Source: Spirochaetia bacterium | Lineage (GTDB): Bacteria; Spirochaetota; Spirochaetia; SZUA-6; Bin103 | Length of the DNA stretch: 64,000 bases | Assembly: GCA_965203905.1 (NCBI GenBank) | Contig: CBDBDQ010000005.1 | Span: 1,024,001 to 1,088,000 of the forward strand | Direction of reading: 5' to 3' | Part shown: one piece after another, positions 1 to 10,424 of the stretch | Numbering within the stretch: the first letter of the stretch is position 1 | Layout of the letters: each line of letters begins with the position of its first letter | The notes under the pieces: generated by a model | The model's input: the letters and a program-made list of their open reading frames with translations, nothing else | The model's database searches: none | What the model was told of the DNA's origin: nothing | Position numbers and translations under genes: made by a program

Positions 1-659
1 AGGTTGCGGCAGCCGGGCGCCAGCAGTCCGGCGCCATGCAGGGCGTTGCTCCAGCGGTGCCAGTCGTCGCCGCCCATCACCTCCACCGTGGCGCTGATCT
101 CGGCCTCGTCGGCGGGCTCGATCTGCACGCCGGAGACGGCGCCGCTCTGCGGATCGATGGTGGTGCCGGAGTAGCGCTTGCCGATCGGCTTGAGGACGCT
201 GTTGAAGGTCTCCCCCGAGTCGGGGTGAATGCGCCGCGGCGACGCCAAGCTGTAGACCACCAGGTCGACCTGCCCGAGTTCCCGCGCCACCAGCTCGAGC
301 GTCTGCTCGCGGATCTCGTTGGAGAAGGCGTCGCCGTTGACGCTCCAGGCGCCGCGCCCGGCGGCGCCGGCGGCGCGTTCGAAGGCGGCGCTGTTGTACC
401 AGCCCGCCGACGCGGTCCGGCGCCGGGCGGCCGGCCGCTCGAAGAACACCCCCACGGTGTCGGCGCCGCAGCCGAAGGCGGCCACGATGCGCGAGGCCAA
501 GCCGTAACCGGTGGAGGCGCCGATCACCAGCACGCGCCGCGGCCCGTCGACCGCTCCCTGGCGCCGCACGTAGTCGATCTGCTCCGCCACGTGGGCGGCG
601 CAGCCGTCGGGATGTGCGGTCATGCAGATGAAGCCGCGAATCCTCGGTTCAATAATCAT
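1..659 (-). CDS. fabV: trans-2-enoyl-CoA / enoyl-ACP reductase FabV (3' part outside the window)
   Basis: Read by hand; not in the ORF track because it runs off the edge. ATG at 659 gives [20 protein letters not shown]...[16 protein letters not shown]...GDAFS...[11 protein letters not shown], the characteristic FabV/Ter N-terminus. Confidence 0.93.
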   Translation of the reverse strand, partial: MIIEPRIRGFICMTAHPDGCAAHVAEQIDYVRRQGAVDGPRRVLVIGASTGYGLASRIVAAFGCGADTVGVFFERPAARRRTASAGWYNSAAFERAAGAAGRGAWSVNGDAFSNEIREQTLELVARELGQVDLVVYSLASPRRIHPDSGETFNSVLKPIGKRYSGTTIDPQSGAVSGVQIEPADEAEISATVEVMGGDDWHRWSNALHGAGLLAPGCRN

Positions 660-707
660 CTCGGTGCGTTCCGCGCCGCGCACTGTAGGAGAACGCGTCC
701 GCCGCTG

Positions 708-1079
708 TCAAATCGCCTCGGGAGATTGCTGAGATTGCTCTGCAAGGAATGTTCGGCAGTTCGTGCGCGAGGGACCAGCGCCGATGGTGTCGCAGATCGC
801 CTGCACTTCGGCGCGGATTCGCGCCAGGCTCGCGGCACGGCTGCCATCGACATTCCACTCGCGGAGCTCAGTTTCCACGCGGCGCATGGAACCGACGGTA
901 CGTTGAAAGAACGCATCCCGCGCCGCGCTCACCTCGCGGAACAGGGCGATGACCGCGTCTTCGACGTGCGCCTCGGCGTCGGGCGTCAACTGCATGAGCA
1001 TGCGCACGTAGGCCGTGCCCCGCTCGAACCGGGTCGCCGTGCCGCGGGCTTCCTGCCAGGCTCGCTCCGTCCAGGACAG
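708..1079 (-). pseudogene. C-terminal fragment of a thioredoxin/disulfide-isomerase-like protein
   Basis: The frame reads [34 protein letters not shown]...FFQRT...REWNVDG...[13 protein letters not shown]...C. This resembles, from memory, the C-terminal helical part of proteobacterial thioredoxin-fold proteins; no N-terminal part is present. Confidence 0.45.
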
Positions 1080-1139
1080 CGGTTGGCTGGGCGGTGGCGG
1101 GCGCGTACGCTACACTGCGCGCCGACGAGGAGTACGCCG

Positions 1140-2501
1140 ATGGAGCCCGTTCGGTACGATCTGCCGCAATCCGAGATTCCCGCCGCCTGGTACAACGTGC
1201 AGGCCGACCTGCCGGAGCCGCTGCCGCCGGTGATCCATCCCGGACGTATGGACCCGGTCGGCCCCGACGACCTCGCCCCGCTGTTCGCCATGGAGCTGAT
1301 CAAGCAGGAGGTGAGCCGGGAGCGGGAGATTCCGATTCCGGAGCCCGTGCGCGAGATCTATCGCCTGTGGCGACCGACACCGCTGATCCGGGCGCGCCGG
1401 CTGGAGCAGGAACTCGATACGCCGGCCCACCTGTACTACAAGTACGAGGGCGTGTCGCCGGTCGGCTCGCACAAGCCCAACACCGCCGTGGCACAGGCGT
1501 TCTACAACCGCGAGGAGGGGGTGACGCAGCTCACCACCGAGACCGGTGCCGGCCAGTGGGGCAGCGCGCTGGCGATGGCGGGCGCGTTTCTCGGCGTCTC
1601 GTGCGAAGTGTACATGGTGCGCGTCTCCTACGACGGCAAGCCGTACCGCCGCTCTATGATGGAGGCGTACGGTGCGTCGGTGACCGCCAGTCCATCTGCC
1701 GGCACCAACGCGGGCCGCCAGATCCTGGCGGGCGATCCCGACTCGCCCGGATCGCTCGGCGTCGCCATCTCCGAGGCGGTGGAGGCGACGGCTACCAGCG
1801 GCGGCAGCAAGAAGTACTGCCTCGGCTCCGTGCTCAATCACGTGCTGCTGCACCAGACGGTGATCGGGCGCGAGGCGCAGCTCCAGTTCGAGCGCGCCGG
1901 CGAGTACCCCGACGTCATGATCGGCTGCGTCGGCGGCGGATCCTCGTTCGGGGGCTTCATCTTTCCGTTCCTGCCGGCCAGGCTGGGCGGCGAGCACAAC
2001 ACCCGCTTCGTGGCGGTCGAGCCGCAGGCCGCGCCCAGCCTGACCGGCGGCCAGTACCGGTACGACTTCGGTGACGCCGCGGCCACCACCCCGCTGATCA
2101 AGATGTACACCCTCGGCCACTCCTTCATCCCGGCTCCGATCCACGCCGGCGGCCTGCGCTACCACGGCATGGCACCCCTGATCTGCCACCTGTGCGACCT
2201 GGGGCTGATCGAGGGTGTCGCCGTACCGCAGGTACCGGTGTTCGAGGCCGCGCAGCTCTTCGCTCGTACCGAGGGAATCGTGCCGGCGCCGGAGCCCGCC
2301 CACGCCATCCGCGTCGCCATCGACGAGGCACTGCAGTGCCGGGAGACGGGGGAGAAGAGAGTGATCGCCTTCAACCTGTGCGGCCATGGCCACTTCGACA
2401 TGCAGGCCTACCGTGCGTTTCTGGACGGACAGCTGGTCAACTACGCTTATCCGCAGGAGAAGGTCACCGCCGCCCTCGCCGAGCTGCCCGTGGTCGGCTG
2501 A
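1140..2501 (+). CDS. trpB2: TrpB2-type tryptophan synthase beta-like PLP enzyme
   Basis: [19 protein letters not shown] start after GAGGAG; motifs [17 protein letters not shown] (PLP lysine), [20 protein letters not shown] and [10 protein letters not shown]. The ORF-track extension from 36 is a shadow of fabV. Confidence 0.95.
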   Translation: MEPVRYDLPQSEIPAAWYNVQADLPEPLPPVIHPGRMDPVGPDDLAPLFAMELIKQEVSREREIPIPEPVREIYRLWRPTPLIRARRLEQELDTPAHLYYKYEGVSPVGSHKPNTAVAQAFYNREEGVTQLTTETGAGQWGSALAMAGAFLGVSCEVYMVRVSYDGKPYRRSMMEAYGASVTASPSAGTNAGRQILAGDPDSPGSLGVAISEAVEATATSGGSKKYCLGSVLNHVLLHQTVIGREAQLQFERAGEYPDVMIGCVGGGSSFGGFIFPFLPARLGGEHNTRFVAVEPQAAPSLTGGQYRYDFGDAAATTPLIKMYTLGHSFIPAPIHAGGLRYHGMAPLICHLCDLGLIEGVAVPQVPVFEAAQLFARTEGIVPAPEPAHAIRVAIDEALQCRETGEKRVIAFNLCGHGHFDMQAYRAFLDGQLVNYAYPQEKVTAALAELPVVG

Positions 2502-2592
2502 TCGCCGCGCTACCCGCGATCCGGGGCCGCGCCCTGCGCGGGCGGCGGTCAAGGCGGGAACGGTGACCCGCGGGACGGGCCCGGTGAAGCGG

Positions 2593-3321
2593 TCAGATGC
2601 CGAGCGCGTCGCTGCGCCGCAGGAGGCTGGCCGCGTGCGGCTGCGAGGCGAGGTAGTAGTGGGCGGTGAGGAGCAGCCGCTGCGCCGCCGTGGGTCGCCA
2701 GTGTGACGCCTCGCGCGGCAGGCGCTCGCGCAGGTGGGCCAGCACCACCGCGGCGGCGACGCTGACGTTCAAGCTGCGGCTGAACCCGTGCATCGGCACG
2801 CTGACCAGGTCGTCGGCCTCCGCGGCCAGGAGCTCGCTTACGCCGCGGTGCTCGTTGCCGAAGGCGACGGCCAGCGGCGTGCTCAGATCGAGATCCGCCA
2901 GCGGGATGCTGCGCCCGCCCGGCACGGTGGCGGCGATGCGATAGCCGGCGGCGCGCAGGCCGGCCAGGCAGGCGGTCGAACTCTCCCACCAACGGGTCAG
3001 CAGCCACTTCTCGGCTCCCTGCGTCACCCGGTTGGGGGGCCGCTCCTGCTCCGCGGCGGCGGCCGGCACTAGGTGGACGCCGCCGAACCCCAGCCCCTCC
3101 GCGCTGCGCAGCACCGCGGCGACGTTGCCGGCGTCGGCGACCTGCTCCAGGACCGGCGCCACCGCGAAGGTGCGCTGCGCTACCACCTGCTCGATTCGCC
3201 TCCGGCGCTCGGGGGTGAGGGTGGGACCCAAGGCTGCCACCACCTGTGCCGCCGGGACCGGGCAGCCGGCTACCGACAGAGGATCGCCGAGGGGAAACGG
3301 CCACGGCGCGGCGCGCGTCAT
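2593..3321 (-). CDS. trmH: TrmH/SpoU family RNA 2'-O-methyltransferase
   Basis: Motifs GNVAAVLRSAEGLG, AFGNEHRGVS and VPMHGFSRSLNVSVAAA; start chosen at ATG 3321. Confidence 0.88.
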   Translation of the reverse strand: MTRAAPWPFPLGDPLSVAGCPVPAAQVVAALGPTLTPERRRRIEQVVAQRTFAVAPVLEQVADAGNVAAVLRSAEGLGFGGVHLVPAAAAEQERPPNRVTQGAEKWLLTRWWESSTACLAGLRAAGYRIAATVPGGRSIPLADLDLSTPLAVAFGNEHRGVSELLAAEADDLVSVPMHGFSRSLNVSVAAAVVLAHLRERLPREASHWRPTAAQRLLLTAHYYLASQPHAASLLRRSDALGI

Positions 3322-3326
3322 TCCGG

Positions 3327-4364
3327 TCAATGCCCCGCGCCGCCGGCTTCCGCTCCGGGCCCGGTTCCGGGCTCGTGATCGTCGAGACGGGTGATCTCGT
3401 CCTGCGGAAAGGCGGGCAGCGGACGGCTCCCGGACGCGGTACGCAGGGTGACGCCGCGGCCGGCGGCTGCCTCGCCGATGATGGCGGCTGCAATGCCGGC
3501 GTCGTGCAGCGCCGGCAACGCGCGGTGCGCCTCGCCGGGAGCGGCGCTGAACAGGAGCGCTCCCGAGGCCAGCAGGCCGAGTGGATCGAGGCTCAGAGCG
3601 CGACACACGCGCCGCGTCGCCTCGCGGACCGGCAGCGCCGCTGCCGCCACCTCGATGGCGACCCCGGAGCAGGATGCAAGTTCGTGCAGGCCCTGGGCCA
3701 CGCCGCCCTCGGTCGGGTCGTGGGCGGCGTGGATCGCGAACGCACGCAGTACGCGGCCCTCGGCCACTACGCTGATGCCCGGCTCCTCGAGCCAGCCCGC
3801 AGCGGTGGCGTGCTCGGCGCCGAACAGGGCGGGCGCATCGGCCCGCTCGCGGGCGAGCACAGTGGTACCCTCCAGGGCCACCCACTTGGTCAGCACGATG
3901 GCATCTCCCGGTCGCACCCGTGCGCTCGACCACGGCTCTCCGGCGACCACGCCCACCGCGGCCCCGGCCACCACCGGTCGCGTCACCGCGCCGGTGACCT
4001 CGGTGTGGCCCCCGACCCAGGCGATCCCGGAGGCCGTGGCGGCCGCGGCGAGTTCCGCGAACAGCGCCGCCAGTGCGGCGCGGGTGGTGCCCGGCGGCAG
4101 CAGCAGGGTGGTGGTGAGGTAGCGCGGCACGGCGCCCATTGCCACCAGATCGTTGCAGTTGACCGCCACCGCGTAGCGTCCGATGTCGCTGCCGGCAAGC
4201 GTGATCGGATCGCCGGTCAGCGCCAGCCGCGCCGCGCCGGCCACTACCGCCGCGTCCTCGCCAAGCGCGGCGCCGATCATCACCCCCGCGGACACCGAGC
4301 CAGCGGGCAGCAGGCCGGCGAGCAGCTCGCCATCGATCTTGCCCTCCGGCAAGGTCCGCTCCAT
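3327..4364 (-). CDS. AIR synthase-related (HypE/ThiL/SelD superfamily) protein
   Basis: Motifs GEDAAV, DPIT, VNCNDLVAMG, GGHTEVT, HDPTEGGV and DPLGLLASGALL. Confidence 0.88.
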   Translation of the reverse strand: MERTLPEGKIDGELLAGLLPAGSVSAGVMIGAALGEDAAVVAGAARLALTGDPITLAGSDIGRYAVAVNCNDLVAMGAVPRYLTTTLLLPPGTTRAALAALFAELAAAATASGIAWVGGHTEVTGAVTRPVVAGAAVGVVAGEPWSSARVRPGDAIVLTKWVALEGTTVLARERADAPALFGAEHATAAGWLEEPGISVVAEGRVLRAFAIHAAHDPTEGGVAQGLHELASCSGVAIEVAAAALPVREATRRVCRALSLDPLGLLASGALLFSAAPGEAHRALPALHDAGIAAAIIGEAAAGRGVTLRTASGSRPLPAFPQDEITRLDDHEPGTGPGAEAGGAGH

Positions 4365-4446
4365 GCGCTCATTGGCGGCACAATTCGCTCGCGACGCAAC
4401 CCGCTTCCTCAAAGCGGCGCCGAGCCGGCGCCGTCGTTGCATATAT

Positions 4447-6048
4447 ATGGAGCCAGACAGCCCCGACCCCATCACCCCCGATCCCCTGAACGCCCTGGCG
4501 CAGCGCCACCTGGGCATCTCCTACCTGTACCCCTACCAACGGTTGGTGATCTCGAACCTGCTGGAGGGTCGCAACCAGATCGTCGTGCTGCCGACCGGAT
4601 CCGGCAAGTCGGTGTGCTTCATGTTTCCCGCGGTGGTGCTGGAAGGGGTCACGCTGGTGGTGCTGCCCCTGCTGGCACTGCTGGAGGACCTGCACCGGCG
4701 CATGACCGGGGCCGGGCTGGAGGTGGCGGTGCTGCGCGGCCGCCAGAGCCGGGGTGAACGCGCCGCGGCGCTGGAGTGGATCGGCAGCCGCCGCGCGCGT
4801 CTGGTGTTGACCACGCCGGAGGCGGCGCTCGGCGAGCGGCTGCTGGCCGCGCTGGCGGCGGCCGCCACCATCGAGCACCTGGTGGTGGACGAAGCGCACT
4901 GCATCAGCCAGTGGGGCGACACCTTTCGCCCTGCCTACCTGCGCCTGGGCGAGCTGGTGGAGGCATTGCAGCCACGCCTGCTCACCGCCTTCACCGCCAC
5001 CGCCACGCCGCCGGTGCTGCGCCGCATGCGCGAGGTGCTGTTCCCCGACGGCGGCGCGCACCTGGTTGCCGGCAACCCCGACCGCCCCAACATCCGCTAC
5101 GCCGTGGCCCCCACCGCGGCCCCCCTGCGCCGGCTCACCGAGCTGGTGGCGACCTGCCCGCGGCCGCTGATCATGTTCGCCCGCAGCCGGCGCGGTGTGG
5201 AGGCGCTGTGCTGGCAACTCCGCCGCCGCCTGCCCGAGGTCGATTGCCGCTTCTACCACGCCGGCCTCAACGCGGCGGAGCGCAAGCGCCTGGAACGGTG
5301 GTTCCTGACCAGCGACGACGGTGCGCTGATGGCCACCTCGGCGTACGGCATGGGCGTGGACAAGCCCAACATCCGCACCGTGGTGCACCTGGAGCTGCCG
5401 GAATCGGTGGAAGCGTACCTGCAGGAGACCGGCCGCGCCGGGCGCGATGGCCAGCCGTCGCAGGCGATCCTGCTCGCCTACCAGCCGCACGGCGTCGCCG
5501 CTCCCGCCGTCGCGGCCGGGACACCGGCGCCGCCCGACGCAGCGCGGCAACTCGCGCTCCGCGGTTACGCGGCGAACTCCGGCACCTGCCGGCGGGCGCA
5601 ACTGTTGCGCTTCTTCCGCCGCGAGCAGGAGGAGTGCACCGGGTGCGACGTCTGCGACCGACAGGTGAGGGCACTGCCGGCGGTGGAACGGCGCCTGCTG
5701 CCGGTGCTGCGGCGCGGATCGCGGCGCTACACCGTGCGCCAATGGCGCCACATCCTGTGCGGCGGGCGGTCGCCGGTGATCGAGCGCGACGGCCTCTGGC
5801 GCGTGGCGGGATTCGGTCTGTTGGCCGACTGGCATCCCGACGAGGTGCAGGAGGCGTGCGCCGCCCTGCTGGCGGCCGGCCTGGCGCGGGTCCCCGCCCG
5901 CGGGCCGTGGCGCGGCCGCCTGATAGTTCGCAGACCGCGGCCGAAGTCACCGCCACCGGGGAATGCACCCACCGTGCCCTCCGTCCAATCGTTTGACATC
6001 GGTCGGCGTGCGTCGCTACAATCGGCCCACTCTGGCTCTTGTGAGTAA
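4447..6048 (+). CDS. recQ: RecQ family ATP-dependent DNA helicase
   Basis: Motifs LPTGSGKS, VVDEAHCISQWG, TATA, FYHAGL, GMGVDKPNIR, QETGRAGRDG and Zn-binding CRR...CTGCDVC. Confidence 0.93.
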   Translation: MEPDSPDPITPDPLNALAQRHLGISYLYPYQRLVISNLLEGRNQIVVLPTGSGKSVCFMFPAVVLEGVTLVVLPLLALLEDLHRRMTGAGLEVAVLRGRQSRGERAAALEWIGSRRARLVLTTPEAALGERLLAALAAAATIEHLVVDEAHCISQWGDTFRPAYLRLGELVEALQPRLLTAFTATATPPVLRRMREVLFPDGGAHLVAGNPDRPNIRYAVAPTAAPLRRLTELVATCPRPLIMFARSRRGVEALCWQLRRRLPEVDCRFYHAGLNAAERKRLERWFLTSDDGALMATSAYGMGVDKPNIRTVVHLELPESVEAYLQETGRAGRDGQPSQAILLAYQPHGVAAPAVAAGTPAPPDAARQLALRGYAANSGTCRRAQLLRFFRREQEECTGCDVCDRQVRALPAVERRLLPVLRRGSRRYTVRQWRHILCGGRSPVIERDGLWRVAGFGLLADWHPDEVQEACAALLAAGLARVPARGPWRGRLIVRRPRPKSPPPGNAPTVPSVQSFDIGRRASLQSAHSGSCE

Positions 6049-6096
6049 CACGTACTTGCTTATGACATATCAATTTGCACTCGCCGGTGCAGGCCG

Positions 6097-7641
6097 TTGA
6101 GCGACGCTCTCGAACGACGCCGCGAGACGCGGCGGAAGATGCTCGAAGCCGGCGGGCAGGCGCGCGTCGACGCTCAGCACGCGAAGGGCAAGCTGACCGC
6201 GCGCGAGCGACTCGACCTGCTGCTCGACGAGCGTTCGTTCATCGAGCAGCAACCCTACGTCGCGGTACGCGCCACCGACTTCGGCCTCGACCGCCGCCGG
6301 ACGCTCGGCGACGGGGTAGTCACCGGCAGCGGCATGATGGACGGGCGGCAGGTGTTCGCCGCGGCCCAGGACTTTACCGTGAACGGCGGCTCGCTCGGCG
6401 AAATGCACGCCGCGCGCATCGTCGCCGCCCAGAACGACGCCCTCGCCAACCGCGTGCCGTTCATCCAGATCAACGACTCCGGCGGCGCGCGCATCCAGGA
6501 GGGCGTGCTGTCCCTGAACGGCTATGCGCAGATCTTTCGTGCCAACACCGCGTCCTCCGGCGTCATCCCGCAGATATCGGTGATTCTCGGGCCGTGCGCT
6601 GGCGGCGCGGTCTACTCGCCGGCGATCACCGACTTCATCTTCATGGTGGACGGGGTGAGCAACATGTTCATCACCGGGCCGCAGGTGATCGCCACCGTGA
6701 CCGGCGAGAAGATCAGCTCCGAGGACCTGGGCGGCTCGGCGGCGCACTGCAGCCGTAGCGGCGTGGCTCACTTCCGCTACGCCACCGAGCAGGACTGCCT
6801 GCAGGCCGTGCGCACGCTGCTCGGCTATCTGCCGGCGCACAACGGCGAGGACCCGCCCCTGCTGCCCGGCGCCGATGACGTCGACCGGCCGACGCCGGAG
6901 TTGCTCGACCTGGTGCCGGAGGACGCCCGCCGCGGCTACGACGTGAAACAGGTGATCACGGCGCTCGCCGACCAGGGCAGTTTTTTCGAGGTGCACGCGG
7001 AGTACGCGCCCAACGTGGTGGTGGGGTTCGCCCGGCTGGCGGGGCGCACCGTGGGCTTCTTCGCCAACCAGCCGCAGGTGTACGCCGCCTCCCTGGACAT
7101 CAACTCGTCCGACAAGGGAGCCCGCTTCCTGCGCTTCTGCGATGCCTTCAACGTCCCGATCATCTCCCTGGTGGACGTCCCCGGGTTCCTGCCGGGCGTG
7201 GCGCAGGAGCATGGCGGCATCATCCGCCACGGCGCCAAGATCCTGTTCGCCATCGCCGAGGCGACGGTGCCCAAGGTGGCGCTGATCCTGCGCAAGGCGT
7301 ACGGCGGAGCGTTCATCGCCATGGCCTGCAAGTCGCTCGGCTACGACCGTACGCTCGCGCTGCCGGGCGCCGAGGTGGCGGTGATGGGCGCCGAGGGGGC
7401 GGCCAACATCATATTCTCGCGTGACATCAAGGCCGCCGACGACCCCGCCGCGATGCGCAAGCAGAAGATCGCGGAGTTTCAGGAGAGCGTGATGAACCCC
7501 TACATCGCCGCCGGCCTCGGCTTCGTCGACGACGTGATCGACCCGGCGGCCGCCCGCGCCGAACTGGTGCGCTCCATCGAGATGTACTCCCGCAAGCGGG
7601 AATCGCGGCCGGCCAAGAAGCATGGCAACATCCCGCTGTAG
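6097..7641 (+). CDS. mmdA: methylmalonyl-CoA decarboxylase alpha subunit / acyl-CoA carboxyltransferase
   Basis: Motifs QHAKGKLTARER, DSGGARIQEG, GPCAGGAVYSPA, DVPGFLPG and C-terminal KKHGNIPL; adjacent to Na+-pump subunits. Confidence 0.9.
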   Translation: MSDALERRRETRRKMLEAGGQARVDAQHAKGKLTARERLDLLLDERSFIEQQPYVAVRATDFGLDRRRTLGDGVVTGSGMMDGRQVFAAAQDFTVNGGSLGEMHAARIVAAQNDALANRVPFIQINDSGGARIQEGVLSLNGYAQIFRANTASSGVIPQISVILGPCAGGAVYSPAITDFIFMVDGVSNMFITGPQVIATVTGEKISSEDLGGSAAHCSRSGVAHFRYATEQDCLQAVRTLLGYLPAHNGEDPPLLPGADDVDRPTPELLDLVPEDARRGYDVKQVITALADQGSFFEVHAEYAPNVVVGFARLAGRTVGFFANQPQVYAASLDINSSDKGARFLRFCDAFNVPIISLVDVPGFLPGVAQEHGGIIRHGAKILFAIAEATVPKVALILRKAYGGAFIAMACKSLGYDRTLALPGAEVAVMGAEGAANIIFSRDIKAADDPAAMRKQKIAEFQESVMNPYIAAGLGFVDDVIDPAAARAELVRSIEMYSRKRESRPAKKHGNIPL

Positions 7642-7650
7642 CGCGCACTG

Positions 7651-7944
7651 ATGGAACCGACGCCAATCGCCTTCGCGGGCACCGTGACCATCCTCGGCAT
7701 GGGGGTGGTGTTTTTCTTCCTGGCACTTCTGAGTCTCGGCATGGTCGCGCTGCGCCGCGCGTACGGCGGTGACGACGCAGCGACCGTCCCGGTGCCCGTG
7801 GAGGATCCAGGCGTCCGCGCCGCGGCACCGGCGCGGCACGACGCGCACTGGGTGGCCGCGGCCGTGGCCGCCTGGCTGGCGCAGCAGGGCCAGTTCGACG
7901 AGGTGAGCGCGGCACCGTGGGACCCGACGCGGAGGCGCCGGTGA
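7651..7944 (+). CDS. mmdD: Na+-translocating decarboxylase delta/gamma subunit (OadG/MmdD-like)
   Basis: One N-terminal TM helix (TILGMGVVFFFLALL), an Ala/Pro linker, a VAAAVAAW motif and its operon position. Confidence 0.8.
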   Translation: MEPTPIAFAGTVTILGMGVVFFFLALLSLGMVALRRAYGGDDAATVPVPVEDPGVRAAAPARHDAHWVAAAVAAWLAQQGQFDEVSAAPWDPTRRRR

Positions 7945-8369
7945 AGCAGCAGGTCAGGTTCGAGTACGAGGGCCGCTCGTACACCGTCGAGGTGGAGCGC
8001 CGCGGCGACATCCTGGTGATCGAGAGCGACGGCCAGCAATACGAGGTGACGCTGAGTGGCGCCGTGCGGCCGCGCCCCGGGCCGGCGCCGGCAGCGGGGC
8101 CGGCCGCCGCAGCAGCGCCAACCGCAGCCCCGACTCCCGCCGGCGGCGCCGCCCCGGGCGACGTGGTGGCCCCGATGACCGGCACCATTCGTGAGGTGCG
8201 CACCTCGGTCGGCGCCGCGGTCACCGAAGGGCAGGTCCTGTTCGTCATGGAGGCGATGAAGATGGATCTCGAGGTGCCGGTGACAATCGCCGGGAGCGTC
8301 TCCGAGATCGCCGTGGCAGCGGGCGACAGCGTGGTCGAGGCACAGCTCCTCGCCCGCGTATCGGGTTAG
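7941..8369 (+). CDS. mmdC: biotin carboxyl carrier subunit
   Basis: GTG overlaps the upstream TGA, preceded by GGAGG; Ala/Pro linker, VVAPMTG and EAMKM biotinylation motif. Confidence 0.9.
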   Translation: MKQQVRFEYEGRSYTVEVERRGDILVIESDGQQYEVTLSGAVRPRPGPAPAAGPAAAAAPTAAPTPAGGAAPGDVVAPMTGTIREVRTSVGAAVTEGQVLFVMEAMKMDLEVPVTIAGSVSEIAVAAGDSVVEAQLLARVSG

Positions 8370-8372
8370 TAA

Positions 8373-9533
8373 ATGGGGCTGCTGGGCCTGATCGGCGAGT
8401 TCCTCGCCAACACCGGCGTCGCCGGCTTCATCGCGCTCGGCGCCGACTGGTGGCGTCCACTGGTGATGCTCGGCGTGGGCGGCCTGCTCATCTACCTGGC
8501 CATCGCCAAGGAATACGAGCCGCTGCTGCTGATCCCGATCGGGTTCGCCTGTATCCTGGTCAACCTGCCGCTCACCGAGCTGTTCCACACCAAGGATGAG
8601 CTCCTGAGCGGCGCCGAGCGCGGCCTGCTGGACTACATTTTCACCGGCCTCGCCACCGGCGTGTTCCCGCCGCTGATCTTTCTCGGCCTGGGGGCGATGA
8701 CCGACTTCAGCCCGCTGCTGGCCAAGCCGCAGACCTTCCTGCTGGGAGCGGCAGCGCAGTTCGGCATCTTCGGCACCCTGCTGGCCGCGCAGGCGCTGGG
8801 GTTCACCTTTCCCGAGGCCGCCTCGATCGCCATCATCGGCGGCGCCGACGGACCGACCGCGATCTTCCTCACCTCGCGCCTCGCCGACCACCTGCTGGGC
8901 GCGGTGGCGGTCGCGGCCTACTCCTACATGGCGCTGGTGCCGATCATCCAGCCGCCGATCATCCGCCTGCTGACCACCAAGAAGGAGCGCTCCGTCGTAA
9001 TGTCGGAGGTGCGCCCGGTGCCGCGCTCGGTCCGCATCATGTTCCCGATCGCCATTACCCTCACCGCCGCGCTGCTGGTGCCGCCTTCGACGCCGCTGAT
9101 CGGCATGTTGATGTTCGGCAACCTGCTGCGCGAGGCGGGCGTGGTCGACCGGCTCTCCAAGGCGGCCCAGAACGAGCTGACCAACGTCATCACCATCTTC
9201 CTCGGGCTGGCGGTCGGCGCCAAGCTCACCGCGGGCGAGTTCCTGACCACCGACACCCTGCTGATCATCGCCCTCGGGCTGGCCGCGTTCTCCGTAGGCA
9301 CCGCCTCCGGGGTGTTGCTCGGCAAGCTGCTCTACCTGCTCTCGGGCGGCAAGGTGAACCCGATGATCGGCGCCGCGGGCGTGTCGGCGGTGCCGATGGC
9401 GGCGCGGGTGGTGCAGCGCATGGGCCAACGCGAGAACCCGAGCAACTTCCTGCTGATGAACGCCATCGGCCCCAACTACGCCGGCGTCATCGGTTCCGCC
9501 GTCGCCGCCGGCGTCCTCATGGCCATGGCCTGA
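8373..9533 (+). CDS. mmdB: Na+-translocating decarboxylase beta subunit (OadB/MmdB)
   Basis: Motifs YEPLLLIPIGF, IIGGADGPTAIF, NPMIGAAGVSAVPMAARV and GPNYAGVIGSA. Confidence 0.93.
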   Translation: MGLLGLIGEFLANTGVAGFIALGADWWRPLVMLGVGGLLIYLAIAKEYEPLLLIPIGFACILVNLPLTELFHTKDELLSGAERGLLDYIFTGLATGVFPPLIFLGLGAMTDFSPLLAKPQTFLLGAAAQFGIFGTLLAAQALGFTFPEAASIAIIGGADGPTAIFLTSRLADHLLGAVAVAAYSYMALVPIIQPPIIRLLTTKKERSVVMSEVRPVPRSVRIMFPIAITLTAALLVPPSTPLIGMLMFGNLLREAGVVDRLSKAAQNELTNVITIFLGLAVGAKLTAGEFLTTDTLLIIALGLAAFSVGTASGVLLGKLLYLLSGGKVNPMIGAAGVSAVPMAARVVQRMGQRENPSNFLLMNAIGPNYAGVIGSAVAAGVLMAMA

Positions 9534-9548
9534 CCGGGGCGCGAGCAG

Positions 9549-10381
9549 ATGGCACGGCTGTTCCAATCCGGTGGGCTGGTCTCCGTGGAGAAGATGCCGG
9601 TGCACGGCAGCTCGTTGGCCGATCTCGACATGCGCCGCCTGGAGGACTATTTCCTGAACCTGCTGGGCGAGGATGCGGTGGCGGACTGGCAGCGCACCCT
9701 GCTCAACCGCGAGCTGTTGATCGCCGACGAGTGGCGGGAGGAGGTGTGTAACTGCTCCTATGCCGGGATCGTCCTGTTCGCCCATGAGCCGCGGCGCCGC
9801 ATGCCGCAGGCCGGGATCAGGCTGCTGGTGTTGCCAGGCATCGACATGGACTACGACGCCAACCTGGACGAGGTGCTCGATATCCCCTTCGTCGGGCTGA
9901 AGGAGCGGCGGCCGCGGGAGTTCGTCGAGCAGTCGCTACCGAACCGAGTGCTCAGCTACCTGCAAGCCCACATCAGCAAAGAGCGCCTGGAGGGAGTGTA
10001 TCGGCGTCGGCATTGGGACTACCCCAGGAGGTGATCCGCGAGCTGTTGGTGAATGCCTTCGCGCATCGCGACTGGACCCGCCCCACCGACGTCCAGCTCA
10101 CCGTTTTCGCGGACCGGCTCGAGGTGCAGAGCCCCGGCTCGCTTCCCAACGGCGTTACGATAGAGAAGGCCAAGGAAGGCCTGCGCGTGCCGCGCAACCC
10201 CAACATCGTCAACATCCTGCGCGACTACGACTTCATGGAGGATCGCAGCATGGGAATCCGCCGCAAGGTGATCCCCCTGACCCGAGCCCACAACGGCACC
10301 GCCCCCCAGTTCGAAGCCACCGAAGACTACTTCAAGGTCACCCTTCACAAGGGAACCAAAGCTGTGCCGAGGCCGCGGTAG
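9549..10381 (+). pseudogene. truncated, frameshifted AlbA_2/HATPase_c_4 (RecG-C-like) ATP-binding protein
   Basis: Two overlapping ORFs join at about 10025 into ...WDYP/EVIRELLVNAFAHRDW...RLEVQSPGSLPNG...RNPNI. It starts abruptly at EQMARLFQ, 8 bp after mmdB, with no AlbA_2 domain. Confidence 0.8.
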
Positions 10382-10424
10382 CGGCGCACGGACAGGTCAG
10401 GTAACCTCCGATGCGGGCGGAACC

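Noticed and set aside
36-1139. 368-aa N-terminal extension of the TrpB2 ORF
   Set aside because: It is an antisense shadow of fabV and the thioredoxin-like fragment; the real start with an RBS is at 1140.
7500-9785. Long antisense ORFs (for example 7500-9785, 15970-18066, 28946-30604, 35284-37155, 43518-45068)
   Set aside because: Typical high-GC shadow ORFs opposite well-supported genes.
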